Below, piece after piece: positions 10,059 through 20,306 of a stretch of DNA of 64,000 nucleotides (within the stretch, counting starts at the first letter, position 1; every line of letters begins with the position of its first letter). Source of the DNA: Vicinamibacteria bacterium (lineage in GTDB: Bacteria > Acidobacteriota > Vicinamibacteria > Marinacidobacterales > Marinacidobacteraceae). The stretch spans positions 2,048,001 to 2,112,000 of the forward strand of contig OY729431.1 of NCBI GenBank assembly GCA_963422395.1, given 5' to 3'. The notes under the pieces are model-generated. The model was not told where the DNA came from. It did no database searches and worked only from the letters and a program-made list of their open reading frames with translations. The translations under genes were made by a program, and so were the position numbers.

Positions 10059-12227
10059 TCAGGAAGGAGGAAGCAGCGAGACCCCGTCCATCGCTTCGGG
10101 AACGGGCACTCCGAGGAGATCGAGGACGGTCGGGGCGATATCGCGGAGCGCCGCCGGCCCCCGCAGCGGGAGATTCGAGAGGAGGACCCCGGCGGTTTCC
10201 TCCATGGAGCAGTGATCTCCGCTCCAGTTGTCGAGGTTGTCGGTGATCGACTCTCCCACGATGCCGCCGAGAGTGCTCTGCCAGCCGATCCGGTAGCCGG
10301 GTTCGAGGCCGAGGATCAGGTCGGGCGCTTCCCCAACGAAGGGCCCCTCGTAGATATCCTCGCGCCGGTGGACCGAGCGGACCACCCGCGCTCCGGTCTC
10401 TGGATCGCGGAAGGCCAGCAGGTCCGCGGCGAGCTCTTCGGCGAGACGGACCCGCTCCTCCCCGGCTGCGACGATCCCCTGGGGCTCCCGACCACGCTGG
10501 TTCAGATAGATCCCGGAGAGGCCGAGGGCGAATGCCCTCGAGCGACTCCAGTCCACCCCGGGAAAGAAGAGCGATTCCGGATCGAAGAGATCTTCGAGCC
10601 GGCGGCGGTCCGCATTCCCCACCGCCCGCAGGTAGCCGTTCTCGGCGAGCCAGGTATTCACCTGGAACTGTTTGCGGAACGAATGGAATCCGTGATCGGA
10701 GACCACCAGGAATCGGGTGTCGGGCGGCGCTGCCGCGACCGCGGCCCCTACGATGCGGTCCAGGTCGCGGTAAGCCTCGGCGATCCCCCCGCCGTAGCGC
10801 GCAGCGAGTGCCGGATCGTGGTTCGGGTGCTCCGGATCGGCGAAGCGGTAGAGCATGTGCTGGATGCGGTCGGGGAAGAGGAAGACCGACACCAGCAGGC
10901 GCCAGGAGTCCTCGGAAAGCGCCTCCAGCAGCAGCCGTTCGTTCGATTCCCGGGCGAACCGGACATCTTCGAGGAAGGCGTCGAAGTCCACCGCCTCGTC
11001 GCGCAGCGGGTTCGTGATGATCTTCCAGCCGATGGTCTCGTAGGGTCCGACGCGCGCCGCGAGTTCGCCGGCGAAACCCCGGGGCCAGGACAGCTCCACC
11101 AGGAAAGGCAGCCGTTCGGGGTCGAAGTTCACCGGCTCCATGTACACCGAAACATTGGGATCGAGCGAGAGCACGCGGAACCGCACCAGTCCGGAGAGCC
11201 CGAGGAGCGGGTTCAGCGGGAACCGCACCGGGACGAAGTCCGACCATTCTCCGTCTCCGACCTCGATCTCGGTTCCGGGCACCCCGATGGCGAGCCGGTT
11301 CCCGGCCCGGCGGAAGACGATGGGAATCTCCACTTCCGGCTGCTCCGCTCCAGAGGCGGCCTCGGTGAAGTTTCGCGGCCCGCGGATCACACTTTCGGCC
11401 CGTTCGCTTCCGGCGGCTCCCTCGAAGCGGAGGGGGTAGCGGGTCCCTCCGGTCTCGGTGGACTCCTCCTCGATCAGGTCGGAGGTGTACACCGACCAGA
11501 GGCCGAACGACTTGCGGGCGTCCGGAACCCCGAATCCGGCGAGGATGCGAGCTCCGGGCGACTCCTCGACCGGAAACTCCATCGGTGCCTGGAGAGCGAT
11601 GGTGGGAACCCCCGCCCCCCCGGCGATCTTCCAGAACGATTCCCCGGCCCGCGCGCGGACCGCCTGCGGCACCGCTGGCGGAATCCAGCTGGCGATCACG
11701 CCGAGGCCTCCCCCGGCGATTCCGGCGGCGACCGCCGGGACGGCCCACCGCAGCCAGCGGCGGGTGGTGAACCGGCGTACCGAAAAGCCGCCGGCTGCCG
11801 CGGCAGCGAGCGCGAGCAGCGAGACGAGCCCGATCCGGGCCGCCCCTCCCGGAAGCGCGCGTGATCCTTCGCGGACGAGCGCGATGCGCGGGACATAGGA
11901 ATCGGGGCGCTTTTCCAGAAAGTCGAAGATTCGGGTCCGGCCCGGATTCTTCCCGGTGGCGAAGGTGGCCCAAGCGACCGGAGACTCCGAAGGCTTCGTG
12001 GTTTCGAGCGGCGCGAGGGTCCCTCGCGCCGCCAGCCGGGCCAACTGCGGCAGTTCCCCGGCCTCGATCATCGCGGCGATGGTGTCCGGATCGGCGCCGT
12101 CGAACCCGAGCACCACCAGCCGCTCCGCCGCCTCCTTTTCCTGCTCGCCGCGCGCTACGCCGACCGATCCGGCCCCAAGCGCGAGGCCGGCGAGCAACAC
12201 GACCCGTACCGGAAGGGAGAAGGACAT
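10059..12227 (-). CDS. Alkaline-phosphatase superfamily (type I phosphodiesterase/nucleotide pyrophosphatase) protein
   Basis: VLGFDGAD, PSESPVAW, DRIQH, VSDHGF, WSGDH, DIAPT motifs; signal peptide. Confidence 0.85.
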   Translation of the reverse strand: MSFSLPVRVVLLAGLALGAGSVGVARGEQEKEAAERLVVLGFDGADPDTIAAMIEAGELPQLARLAARGTLAPLETTKPSESPVAWATFATGKNPGRTRIFDFLEKRPDSYVPRIALVREGSRALPGGAARIGLVSLLALAAAAAGGFSVRRFTTRRWLRWAVPAVAAGIAGGGLGVIASWIPPAVPQAVRARAGESFWKIAGGAGVPTIALQAPMEFPVEESPGARILAGFGVPDARKSFGLWSVYTSDLIEEESTETGGTRYPLRFEGAAGSERAESVIRGPRNFTEAASGAEQPEVEIPIVFRRAGNRLAIGVPGTEIEVGDGEWSDFVPVRFPLNPLLGLSGLVRFRVLSLDPNVSVYMEPVNFDPERLPFLVELSWPRGFAGELAARVGPYETIGWKIITNPLRDEAVDFDAFLEDVRFARESNERLLLEALSEDSWRLLVSVFLFPDRIQHMLYRFADPEHPNHDPALAARYGGGIAEAYRDLDRIVGAAVAAAPPDTRFLVVSDHGFHSFRKQFQVNTWLAENGYLRAVGNADRRRLEDLFDPESLFFPGVDWSRSRAFALGLSGIYLNQRGREPQGIVAAGEERVRLAEELAADLLAFRDPETGARVVRSVHRREDIYEGPFVGEAPDLILGLEPGYRIGWQSTLGGIVGESITDNLDNWSGDHCSMEETAGVLLSNLPLRGPAALRDIAPTVLDLLGVPVPEAMDGVSLLPPS

Positions 12228-12274
12228 AAGGCGCGCGCAGAGTACCGCGCCTTCGGTCGGGTAGCATTGGGCCG

Positions 12275-13657
12275 GTGATGCCGAAAGCACTTCGGAAACG
12301 ATTTCCGCCGCCCTCGCTCGTTCTCCCGCTGCTCCTCGTCGGGCTCCCGGCTTCGGCGCAGGAGCCGGCGCCCGCGCCGGAGTTCGAGATCCTTCCCGAG
12401 TTCCAGGCCGAGCTCGCGGAGATCAGCGCAGATCCCCGGGTCGCCGCCGCGCTCGACGAGGTGCTCGCCTTGGAGGACGAGAACGAGCGCCTGCTGATCG
12501 AGCTGACCGAGATTCCGGCTCCCCCCTTCATGGAGGAGGCCCGCGCCGCCCGCTACGCCGAGCTGGTCGGCGAAGCCGGACTCGATGCCGAAATCGACGA
12601 AATCGGGAATGTCATCGCCCGGCGCGCGGGGCGCAGCGGAGCCCGCACGGTGGCGGTGGTGGCGCACCTGGACACGGTGTTCCCCGAGGGGACCGATGTG
12701 ACGGTCCGGCGAGACGGCGACAAGCTGATGGCTCCCGGAATCGCGGACGACACCCGCGGCCTGGTCACTCTGCTGACGATCATCCGGCTGCTCGACCGGC
12801 ACCGACTCGAAACCGCCGACGATGTGCTGTTCGTCGGCTCGGTCGGCGAAGAGGGGATCGGGGACCTGCGGGGGGTGAAGCATCTCTTTCGCGACGGGGG
12901 CCCGGAGATCCACGCCTTCATCGCCATCGACGGCACCAGCAACACCCGGGTGTTGAACCACGCCATCGGCTCCCACCGCTACCGGGTGCGCTTCCTCGGT
13001 CCCGGCGGGCACTCCTGGGGAGCTTTCGGCCTCGGCAATCCGGCCCACGCGATGGCGCGGGCGATCGCGCTCTTCGACGACCGCGCCGGTGAATATGTGA
13101 CCTCCGGCGCCAAGACCACCTACAACATCGGGAGGATCGGCGGCGGAACCTCGATCAACTCGATCCCTTTCGAGAACTGGATGGAGGTGGACATGCGCTC
13201 GATGGAGCCGGCGCGGCTCGAGGAGATCGATGCGATCTTCCAGGAAGCGATGGCGGAGGCGCTGGCGGAACAGAACGACCTGCGCCGCGACGGCGAGGAG
13301 TTGACGGTAGAGATCGAGAAGATCGGAGACCGCCCGTCGGGCAAGGTGGCCGTTGCGACCCCGCTCATCCAGCGGGCGCTCGCCGCCACCCGCGCAGTCG
13401 GCGCCGAGCCCGAACTGAGCATGGGCTCCACCGACTCCAATGTACCCATCGCCCGCGGCATTCCGGCGACCACCATCGGCAGCGGGGGCGAAGGCTTCGG
13501 CGCCCATTCGCTCCACGAGTGGTGGGCGAACCGGGACGGACACCTGGGGATCCAGAAGGCGCTGCTGCTGGTGCTGGCCGAGGCCGGATTCCCGACCGGA
13601 TCCGAACCCGGATTCGAGGCCCGGCCCGAAGCGGGCAGCGAGACCGAAAGGCGCTGA
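12275..13657 (+). CDS. Secreted M20/M25/M40 family metallopeptidase
   Basis: AHLDTV, IADD, GEEG, GGHSW, GSTD, AHSLHE motifs; signal peptide. Confidence 0.88.
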   Translation: MMPKALRKRFPPPSLVLPLLLVGLPASAQEPAPAPEFEILPEFQAELAEISADPRVAAALDEVLALEDENERLLIELTEIPAPPFMEEARAARYAELVGEAGLDAEIDEIGNVIARRAGRSGARTVAVVAHLDTVFPEGTDVTVRRDGDKLMAPGIADDTRGLVTLLTIIRLLDRHRLETADDVLFVGSVGEEGIGDLRGVKHLFRDGGPEIHAFIAIDGTSNTRVLNHAIGSHRYRVRFLGPGGHSWGAFGLGNPAHAMARAIALFDDRAGEYVTSGAKTTYNIGRIGGGTSINSIPFENWMEVDMRSMEPARLEEIDAIFQEAMAEALAEQNDLRRDGEELTVEIEKIGDRPSGKVAVATPLIQRALAATRAVGAEPELSMGSTDSNVPIARGIPATTIGSGGEGFGAHSLHEWWANRDGHLGIQKALLLVLAEAGFPTGSEPGFEARPEAGSETERR

Positions 13658-13679
13658 TCCCCCTCCCCTCCCCAGAAAA

Positions 13680-13985
13680 GTGTCCGTCTGCGAGTTCGAT
13701 TTCCGTCTGCCCGTCGGGGCCGAAAGGCTCCTCCGCGCCTTGCAGCGCGACTTCGCCCGCTTCGGCGGCACGATCAGCGGAACGGAAAACCCCGGCGGCG
13801 GGGGCGAGTTCTCCCTGCCGACTCCCCTCGGAACCTTTACCGGGACCTACCGCGTCGAGGAGAGCCCGGCCGCGGAAGGCTGCGCGGTGCGGATCGAGCT
13901 CGCCGACAAGCCGATGTTCCTGCCCTGTTCCGCGATCGGGGACCACCTCGCCCGCCGTCTCCAAAAAGCCGCCGCCTCTTCCTGA
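13680..13985 (+). CDS. Small hypothetical protein (about 101 aa)
   Basis: Coding-like codon use from GTG 13680; fills the gap between the peptidase and hsdR. Confidence 0.55.
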   Translation: MSVCEFDFRLPVGAERLLRALQRDFARFGGTISGTENPGGGGEFSLPTPLGTFTGTYRVEESPAAEGCAVRIELADKPMFLPCSAIGDHLARRLQKAAASS

Positions 13986-13995
13986 ACCCTTCCGG

Positions 13996-16149
13996 ATGGC
14001 CGGAACCACGGAAGCCCTCTCGCGGGTCCGCATCGACGCGCTGCTCCGAGACGCCGGCTGGAACCCGACCGACGGGATGAGCATCCACCACGAGGAAAGG
14101 CTTCCGGACGGCTCGTTCGCCGACTATGTGCTCGCCGACCACTTGGGTCGGCCGCTGGCGATCGTCGAGGCCAAGCGGGCGAGCATCGATCCCATCGCCG
14201 CGCAGGACCAGGGGATCCACTACGCGAAACAGCTGGGAGTCCCCTTCGTCTTCCTGTCGAATGGCGAGGAGATCCGATTCCTGGACCGGGAGACCGACGC
14301 GCACGCCCGAAGAGTGGCCACCTTCTTTTCGCAGGACGACCTTGAACGGCGGCGCGCCGCGCGGACCTACCGCCGGCGACTCTCCGATATTCCGATCGAC
14401 CGGAAGATCGTGGACCGCGACTACCAGATCGAATGCATCGAGGCGCTCTCCGCCGAAGTCTCGCGCGGAAAGCGCCGGCTGCTGGTCGAGATGGCGACCG
14501 GAACCGGCAAGACCCGCACCGCCGCCGCCTTCATCGGGCGCCTCTTCGAGGCGGGCATCGTCACCCGGGTTCTGTTCCTGGTGGACCGGATCGCGCTCGC
14601 CCGGCAGGCCGAAGACGCCTTCACCGATCACCTCTGCGACTATCCCTGCCGGGTGCTGCGGCCCGGCCGCGGCTTCGACCGCGCGGCGCGGATCACCGTC
14701 GCCACCCTGCAGACGATGCTCACCGAGCACCGCGAACTGTCGTCCGGTTTCTACGATCTGGTGATCACCGACGAATGCCACCGCTCGATCTACGGCGAGT
14801 GGAGCGGAACGCTCCGCCATTTCGACGCGATCCAGATGGGGCTGACCGCGACCCCCCTGGTCGGGCCCGAAGTCGCTCCCGAGACGGAGAGCGCCGATCC
14901 CGAGGACGCCCGCTTCGTGCGCGACACGCTGCGCTTCTTCGAGCTCGATCGGCCCACCTTTCGCTACCAGCTCGATCGAGCGATCCGCGAGGGCTACCTC
15001 GCCCCCTACCGCATCTACCGGGCGCTCACCTTCAAGACCGCCGCGCGGGACGGGTTCCAAGTGCGGCGCGGCGAGCTCGACTGGTCGGCGATGGACGAGG
15101 GGACGCGCCACGAACTCGAGGAGCTTTTCGGAGATTCCGACGCCATCCGGGTGGACCCGCAGTCGCTGGAGCGGAAGTTCACGATCCCGGAACGAAATCG
15201 CGCCCTGGTACGCGAGTTCCGCCGGGTGCTCGAAGCAGGCTATGCGGACCGGGAGGGGCAGCAGCGGTTCGCTCATCCCGGCAAGACCATCGTGTTCGCA
15301 GTGACGAAACGCCATGCGGAGGCGCTCGCCACGATGTTCGACGAGCACTTCGCGGACGAAAAGCCCCAGCCAGCAATCCGCTATGCCGATTTCGTGGTCA
15401 GCGATGTCGGGGGCGGCCCCGCCCCCGATGCGAGCACGATCATCGAGCGCTTCAAGAACGAGGACTATCCGAAGATCCTGGTCAGCGTGAACATGCTGGA
15501 CACCGGTTTCGATTGCCCCGAAGTGGTGAACCTGGTGATGGCGCGGTTCACCAAGAGCGGCATCCTCTACCGGCAGATGCGGGGCCGGGGGACGCGCCTC
15601 GCGCCGCACATCGGAAAGACCGGCTTCACGATCTTCGATTTCGCCGGGGTGAGCGAATTCCACGGCGACGACGAAAGCGGCAGCGCCGGGGACAGCGTCC
15701 GCGAACCGGGGCGGCCCTACCAGCCGGCGTCGGGACGGATGCTGCTGACCCTCGAGGTGGACGATCTGATCGACCCGGCGACCCGCGACTGGCTGACGCT
15801 CGACGAGAACGGTCGCATCGTGCGCACCCAGGCGCACCAGGTGCGGGCGGGCGAGCTCGCCATGCACTTCGAAGCCTGGTGCGGGGAGCACCGCCTGAAC
15901 GCCGAACAGTCCCGCTGGACCCGCCTCATCGGCAGCCGAATCCAGGCCGACGCGACGCGCCTCGAAACCTTTTCGGACTACGACCTCGACGCCCATCCCT
16001 TCACCGGAATCGGCGGTTACGACGAGGCGGTGCGCGTCTTCGGCGGACCGGAAACGCTCGCCGCGCTGCTCGCCGAGCTCAACGAAGCGGTCTTCGGCAG
16101 CGGCGGCCGGAAGAGCTCGCCGGACCCCGAGCCACCCGCCGGCGACTGA
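13996..16149 (+). CDS. hsdR: Type I restriction enzyme R subunit (compact EcoAI/EcoEI-like)
   Basis: ADYVL..IVEAK nuclease motif; MATGTGKT, DECHRS, GLTATP, LDTGFD, QMRGRGTR helicase motifs. Confidence 0.92.
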   Translation: MAGTTEALSRVRIDALLRDAGWNPTDGMSIHHEERLPDGSFADYVLADHLGRPLAIVEAKRASIDPIAAQDQGIHYAKQLGVPFVFLSNGEEIRFLDRETDAHARRVATFFSQDDLERRRAARTYRRRLSDIPIDRKIVDRDYQIECIEALSAEVSRGKRRLLVEMATGTGKTRTAAAFIGRLFEAGIVTRVLFLVDRIALARQAEDAFTDHLCDYPCRVLRPGRGFDRAARITVATLQTMLTEHRELSSGFYDLVITDECHRSIYGEWSGTLRHFDAIQMGLTATPLVGPEVAPETESADPEDARFVRDTLRFFELDRPTFRYQLDRAIREGYLAPYRIYRALTFKTAARDGFQVRRGELDWSAMDEGTRHELEELFGDSDAIRVDPQSLERKFTIPERNRALVREFRRVLEAGYADREGQQRFAHPGKTIVFAVTKRHAEALATMFDEHFADEKPQPAIRYADFVVSDVGGGPAPDASTIIERFKNEDYPKILVSVNMLDTGFDCPEVVNLVMARFTKSGILYRQMRGRGTRLAPHIGKTGFTIFDFAGVSEFHGDDESGSAGDSVREPGRPYQPASGRMLLTLEVDDLIDPATRDWLTLDENGRIVRTQAHQVRAGELAMHFEAWCGEHRLNAEQSRWTRLIGSRIQADATRLETFSDYDLDAHPFTGIGGYDEAVRVFGGPETLAALLAELNEAVFGSGGRKSSPDPEPPAGD

Positions 16150-16161
16150 CGAATCTTCGAG

Positions 16162-17811
16162 ATGGCGCTGCCTCCCGAGCTGCGCCGCGGCCTCGATCGC
16201 ATCCGCGACCATCTCTACGGGGGCGGCTATCCGAACCCGGCCCAAAACGCCGAACAGCTCAGCTTCCTGATCTTCTTCTCCATGTACGAGGCGGCGGACG
16301 CCGCCCGGATCCGCGGCGCCCGGCGGCCGGGAGCCCCGCCCTACCGGAGCGTCTTCGAGGGCGAATGGCCACTGCGGAACCCGAGGAACGCCCTGAGCAA
16401 CACCCCGAGAAGCACTCGGACTCCCGGCGACCGGACGGTCCCTCGGGCCTCGCTCCGCTGGTCCTCCTGGGCGAAGGCGCTGAACGGCGAGCGGCTGGTC
16501 TCCTGGGTGCGCGAGGAGGTCTTTCCCTTCTACGCGGGGATCGCCACCGAAGGGATCACCGACTTCATGGACGGCGCCCGCCTGGTGATCGACGAGCCGG
16601 CGGTGCTCGCCTCGGTGATCTCGCGGGTGGGCGATCTCCAGCTCGAGCAGGTGGATGCCGACACCAAGGGCGACTTCTTCGAACATGTGTTGCGCCAGAT
16701 CCGGCAGGCCGGCGAGCTCGGGCAGTTCCGCACTCCACGCCACCTGATCCGCGCCGTGGTGCGCCTCGTGGACCCGCGCCTCGGCGAGACGGTGTACGAC
16801 CCCGCCGCCGGCACCGCCGGTTTCCTGGTCGGCGCCTACGACCACATCCGGCTCGCCAACTCCTCGTCACACGGCGTCCACGAGATCGAGGCGGAAGGCA
16901 AGACGGTTCGCCGTGGCCTCGGCGACCGGCTCGGCGCAGACGCCGCGCGGCAGCTGGAGCGGGCGACTCTCTTCGGCAACGATGTGGATCCGCAGATGGT
17001 GCGGCTCGCCACCATGAACCTGACGCTCCGTGGCCTGGACCGGGTGCGGGTCTCGCGCCGGGACGCGCTGACCCGCTCGCTCGACCGGGCGGCGAAAGCG
17101 GAGCTCGGCCTGCCGGCGGTGGGTTTCGATGTCATCCTCGCCAACCCGCCCTTTTCGGGCCGGCTGGACCGCGACCGCATCGTCGAGGAGGTGAGAGTCG
17201 GCAGGACGGCGCAGACCGAACTCCTGTTCCTGCGATACATGCTGCATCAGCTGAAACCGGGCGGGCGCGCGGGCGTGGTGGTCCCCGAAGGGGTGCTCTT
17301 CGGCGGCAGCAGAGCGCACCGGGAGCTGCGGCGACAGTTGATCGAGAACAATCGCGTCGAGGCGGTGCTGTCGCTTCCCGGCGGGGTGTTCCAACCCTAT
17401 TCCGGCGTGAAGACCTCGGTGTTGGTCTTCCGCAAGGGCGGCAACACCGATCGAGTGCTCTTCCTGTTCGCCGAGAACGACGGCTTCAAGCTCGACGCGA
17501 ACCACGACCGGCCCATCGCCGAGGACGACCTGCCCGGCCTGATCGAGGTCTTCCGGGACCGGGAGGCGCGCTGGCGGGAGTGGCGCGAGCACGACCGGGA
17601 GGCGGAATGGACCGCGAACTGGTGGTTCGCCGAGGCGGACGCCATCCGCGCCGCCGACTGGAACCTGAGCGCCGGCCGCCACCGCCCACCGAACCGCACC
17701 CGAATCGAACACCGCGACCCGCTCACGATCCTCGAAGAGCTGCGTGGTATCGAAAGCGAAATCCTGCAGGAGCTCGACGTGCTGTCGGATGCGGTGGAGA
17801 AGGCGCTATGA
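16162..17811 (+). CDS. hsdM: Type I restriction-modification M subunit (N6-adenine methyltransferase)
   Basis: GQFRTPRH, DPAAGTAGFL, NPPF, VVVPEGVLF. Confidence 0.93.
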   Translation: MALPPELRRGLDRIRDHLYGGGYPNPAQNAEQLSFLIFFSMYEAADAARIRGARRPGAPPYRSVFEGEWPLRNPRNALSNTPRSTRTPGDRTVPRASLRWSSWAKALNGERLVSWVREEVFPFYAGIATEGITDFMDGARLVIDEPAVLASVISRVGDLQLEQVDADTKGDFFEHVLRQIRQAGELGQFRTPRHLIRAVVRLVDPRLGETVYDPAAGTAGFLVGAYDHIRLANSSSHGVHEIEAEGKTVRRGLGDRLGADAARQLERATLFGNDVDPQMVRLATMNLTLRGLDRVRVSRRDALTRSLDRAAKAELGLPAVGFDVILANPPFSGRLDRDRIVEEVRVGRTAQTELLFLRYMLHQLKPGGRAGVVVPEGVLFGGSRAHRELRRQLIENNRVEAVLSLPGGVFQPYSGVKTSVLVFRKGGNTDRVLFLFAENDGFKLDANHDRPIAEDDLPGLIEVFRDREARWREWREHDREAEWTANWWFAEADAIRAADWNLSAGRHRPPNRTRIEHRDPLTILEELRGIESEILQELDVLSDAVEKAL

Positions 17812-18980
17812 GAGCACGCACTGCACCGCTCGGCCAACTGTGCGAGATGGATCGGCGCGGACTTCGACCGGACGACTCCCTCGCTGCCGATCTTCCCTTC
17901 GTGGGAGTGGAGAATGTAGCGGCAGGGACCGGCGTGCTGAACTTGGATACCGCATCGCGTGTCGGCGTTCAGAAGAGCACTTCGTTTCAGTTTGATGAGC
18001 GTCATGTCCTCTACGGAAAACTTCGTCCTTACCTGAACAAGGTTGCCGCTCCCGGATTCGTCGGCAGATGCTCGACCGAGCTGATCCCGCTCCTGCCCGG
18101 CGACGAGATGGACCGAGATTTCCTCGCGTATCTCCTTCGGCGCAAGGAGACCGCCGCGTTTGCGATGGCGTCGGCGACGGGGACACGAATGCCCCGTGCG
18201 GATATGAAGGCGCTGCTGTCCATGCCGGTTCCTTTCCCTTCACTCGAGGAGCAGCGGCGCATCGTCGCCGTTCTGAACCAGGCGGCGAAGATCGAACGCC
18301 TGCGCACCCGCGCTGCCGAGCGCTTGCGGGAATTCCTCCCCGCCCTCTTCCTCGAGATGTTCGGCGACCCGATCCGAAACCCCCGGAAGTGGAAGGTCGC
18401 CCCGCTCGGCTCCGTCTGCACCCTGGTGCAGTACGGAACGAGCAAAAAGGCCGATGTGGGTATGGAAGGCACCCCCATCTTACGAATGGGAAATGTGACC
18501 CATGACGGCTATATCCACTGCGCCGACATGAAACATGTCGACTTGTCGAGTGCCGAAAAGGAAAAATATTCGCTTTCTACCGGCGACATCCTGTTCAATC
18601 GAACGAACAGCAGGGAGCTCGTCGGCAAGACCGGACTGTGGGATGGCCGCTTCGAGGCAGTCGCAGCCTCCTACTTCATCCGGCTACGCATGAACATGAA
18701 GATCGTTCGTCCCAGCTATATATGGGCCTTCATGAACAACCGCGCCATGAAAATGCTTCTATATCGGCTTGCCCGTGGTGCCATTGGACAAGCCAACATC
18801 AACAGCAGCGAGCTCAAGTTGCTCACTGTGCTCCTCCCCCCACTCGCCATCCAAGCGCAGTTCGAGCGATTGCTCATCAGAACACGCAAGGTAGCTAACG
18901 CTTTCGATTCTTCTCAGGAAACCGCTGCGGCGCTCAGCGCCTCGCTGATGGATCGTCTGCTGGAAGAGCTGCCTGACTGA
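17808..18980 (+). CDS. hsdS: Type I restriction-modification specificity subunit
   Basis: ATGA overlap with hsdM; two TRDs (LYGKLRPYLNKV; GDILFNRTNS..LVGK) with PSLEEQRRIV, EMFGDP and PPLAIQ conserved regions. Confidence 0.92.
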   Translation: MRARTAPLGQLCEMDRRGLRPDDSLAADLPFVGVENVAAGTGVLNLDTASRVGVQKSTSFQFDERHVLYGKLRPYLNKVAAPGFVGRCSTELIPLLPGDEMDRDFLAYLLRRKETAAFAMASATGTRMPRADMKALLSMPVPFPSLEEQRRIVAVLNQAAKIERLRTRAAERLREFLPALFLEMFGDPIRNPRKWKVAPLGSVCTLVQYGTSKKADVGMEGTPILRMGNVTHDGYIHCADMKHVDLSSAEKEKYSLSTGDILFNRTNSRELVGKTGLWDGRFEAVAASYFIRLRMNMKIVRPSYIWAFMNNRAMKMLLYRLARGAIGQANINSSELKLLTVLLPPLAIQAQFERLLIRTRKVANAFDSSQETAAALSASLMDRLLEELPD

Positions 18981-19170
18981 TTCCGACCGTCCATCCTCCA
19001 TCGGCGAAGGACGATCCGCGTCGAATTCGTCGAATTCGTCGCCCACAGGGGGCGCCTCTTCAAGAAAAGACTCTCAGTCAGGGCGCTCCGCGGTCGACTC
19101 CCCGGGACCGAAATCCGCCCCGGCGACGGTGCGCTCTGGGGAGCGCTCTCTCGCACGGTACAGGCGCGGA

Positions 19171-20046
19171 TCAGCGGCGGGCGACCGGGTTCTCGAGGAC
19201 CCCCACCGTCTCCACTTCGACGGAGACCATGTCGCCCTCGTTCATCGCCTGGGTGGTGCCGGGGGTGCCGGTGAAGATGAGATCGCCGGGCATCAGCGTC
19301 ACATAGCGGCTCACATAGCTGACGATTTCGCTGGTGTCGAAGATGAGATCACTGGTGCGCTGCTGCTGGACGATCTCGCCGTTCAGGCGGGTGGTGAGTT
19401 CGAGGTCGTCGTAGTCCACTCCCCGCGAGATCACCGGGCCGAGGGGTCCGTAAGTATCGGACGCCTTCGCCCGGAACCACTGCAGATCGGCGCTCTGCCA
19501 GTCGCGCTCGCTGACATCGTTGCCGGCGGTCACCCCGAAGATGTAGTCCTGCGCCTCGGCGGCCGGAACATCCCGCGCCTCCTCGCCGATCACGATCACC
19601 AGTTCGCCCTCGTAGTGGACATTCCCGGCGTCTTCGGTCATCTCAATGGCGTCGCCCGGCCCGACGATGCTGGTCGGCAGCTTGGCGAAGACTCCCGGAT
19701 AGGGTGCCGGCTCGCGGTCGCCGAGGTGCGAGGCGTAGTTGAGCCCGATGGCGATCACCTTGAGAGCGGATCCACCGCCGGGCTCTGCCGGGGCGAGGAG
19801 ATGCGCCTCGGCGCGGGGAACGAATCGTCCGGTCGGCGCCCCGCCGGCCCAAGGGGCGGCGTGGAGTTCCACCACCGAGTCGCCTTCGATCCTCCCCCAG
19901 GCCGCCTCGCCGGAGGCGTCCGCGAAGCGGACATAGGCGCCGGCGGGCTGCTCGGCGACCGCTACCGCCGCCGGCTCCTCGGCGGGCGCTTCCGGTGCCG
20001 GAGCGCTGCAGCCGAGGACCAGCGGGAGGAACGCCACGAACAGCAC
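19171..20046 (-). CDS. Fumarylacetoacetate hydrolase family protein with putative lipoprotein signal
   Basis: IGLNY, HYEGEL, NDVSER, KASDT, GDLIFTGTP; N-terminal LVLGC; start uncertain. Confidence 0.85.
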   Translation of the reverse strand: MLFVAFLPLVLGCSAPAPEAPAEEPAAVAVAEQPAGAYVRFADASGEAAWGRIEGDSVVELHAAPWAGGAPTGRFVPRAEAHLLAPAEPGGGSALKVIAIGLNYASHLGDREPAPYPGVFAKLPTSIVGPGDAIEMTEDAGNVHYEGELVIVIGEEARDVPAAEAQDYIFGVTAGNDVSERDWQSADLQWFRAKASDTYGPLGPVISRGVDYDDLELTTRLNGEIVQQQRTSDLIFDTSEIVSYVSRYVTLMPGDLIFTGTPGTTQAMNEGDMVSVEVETVGVLENPVARR

Positions 20047-20189
20047 GGTGGAACGGGAAGATCGAATCGAGAATCGGAACAGGGAGAATCTGAACAAGGG
20101 GGCTGCCTCCTCGCGGCCGAGCCTATCAGCCCGAATTCGATCCCGCAGCTCGACGCGGCGAGTCGACACAGCAGGTCGAAGGAATCCAG

Positions 20190-20279
20190 CAGGCGGGCCG
20201 CTGGGCACCGCCGGTCGCTCCCTTGCGGGGCCAGCATGGCCCCGCGAACACGCCGGATGACTCGTCCACAGGCTGCTAG
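20190..20279 (+). mobile_element. Right half of MITE-like repeat
   Basis: caggcggg..ctgggcaccgccg..tgactcgtccacaggctgcTAG aligns with 62903-62975 and shares atggccccgcgaa.acgccggat with the 29115 copy. Confidence 0.7.
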
Positions 20280-20306
20280 ATTTCCCGCCACCACCGAGAG
20301 GCAGCC

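Noticed and set aside
14433-18980. 1515-aa giant ORF
   Set aside because: Shadow frame running into hsdS; the real gene starts at ATG 17808
13996-18980. Larger defence island or phase-variable hsdS shufflon
   Set aside because: Single hsdS, no recombinase or extra TRD cassettes, and flanking genes are metabolic
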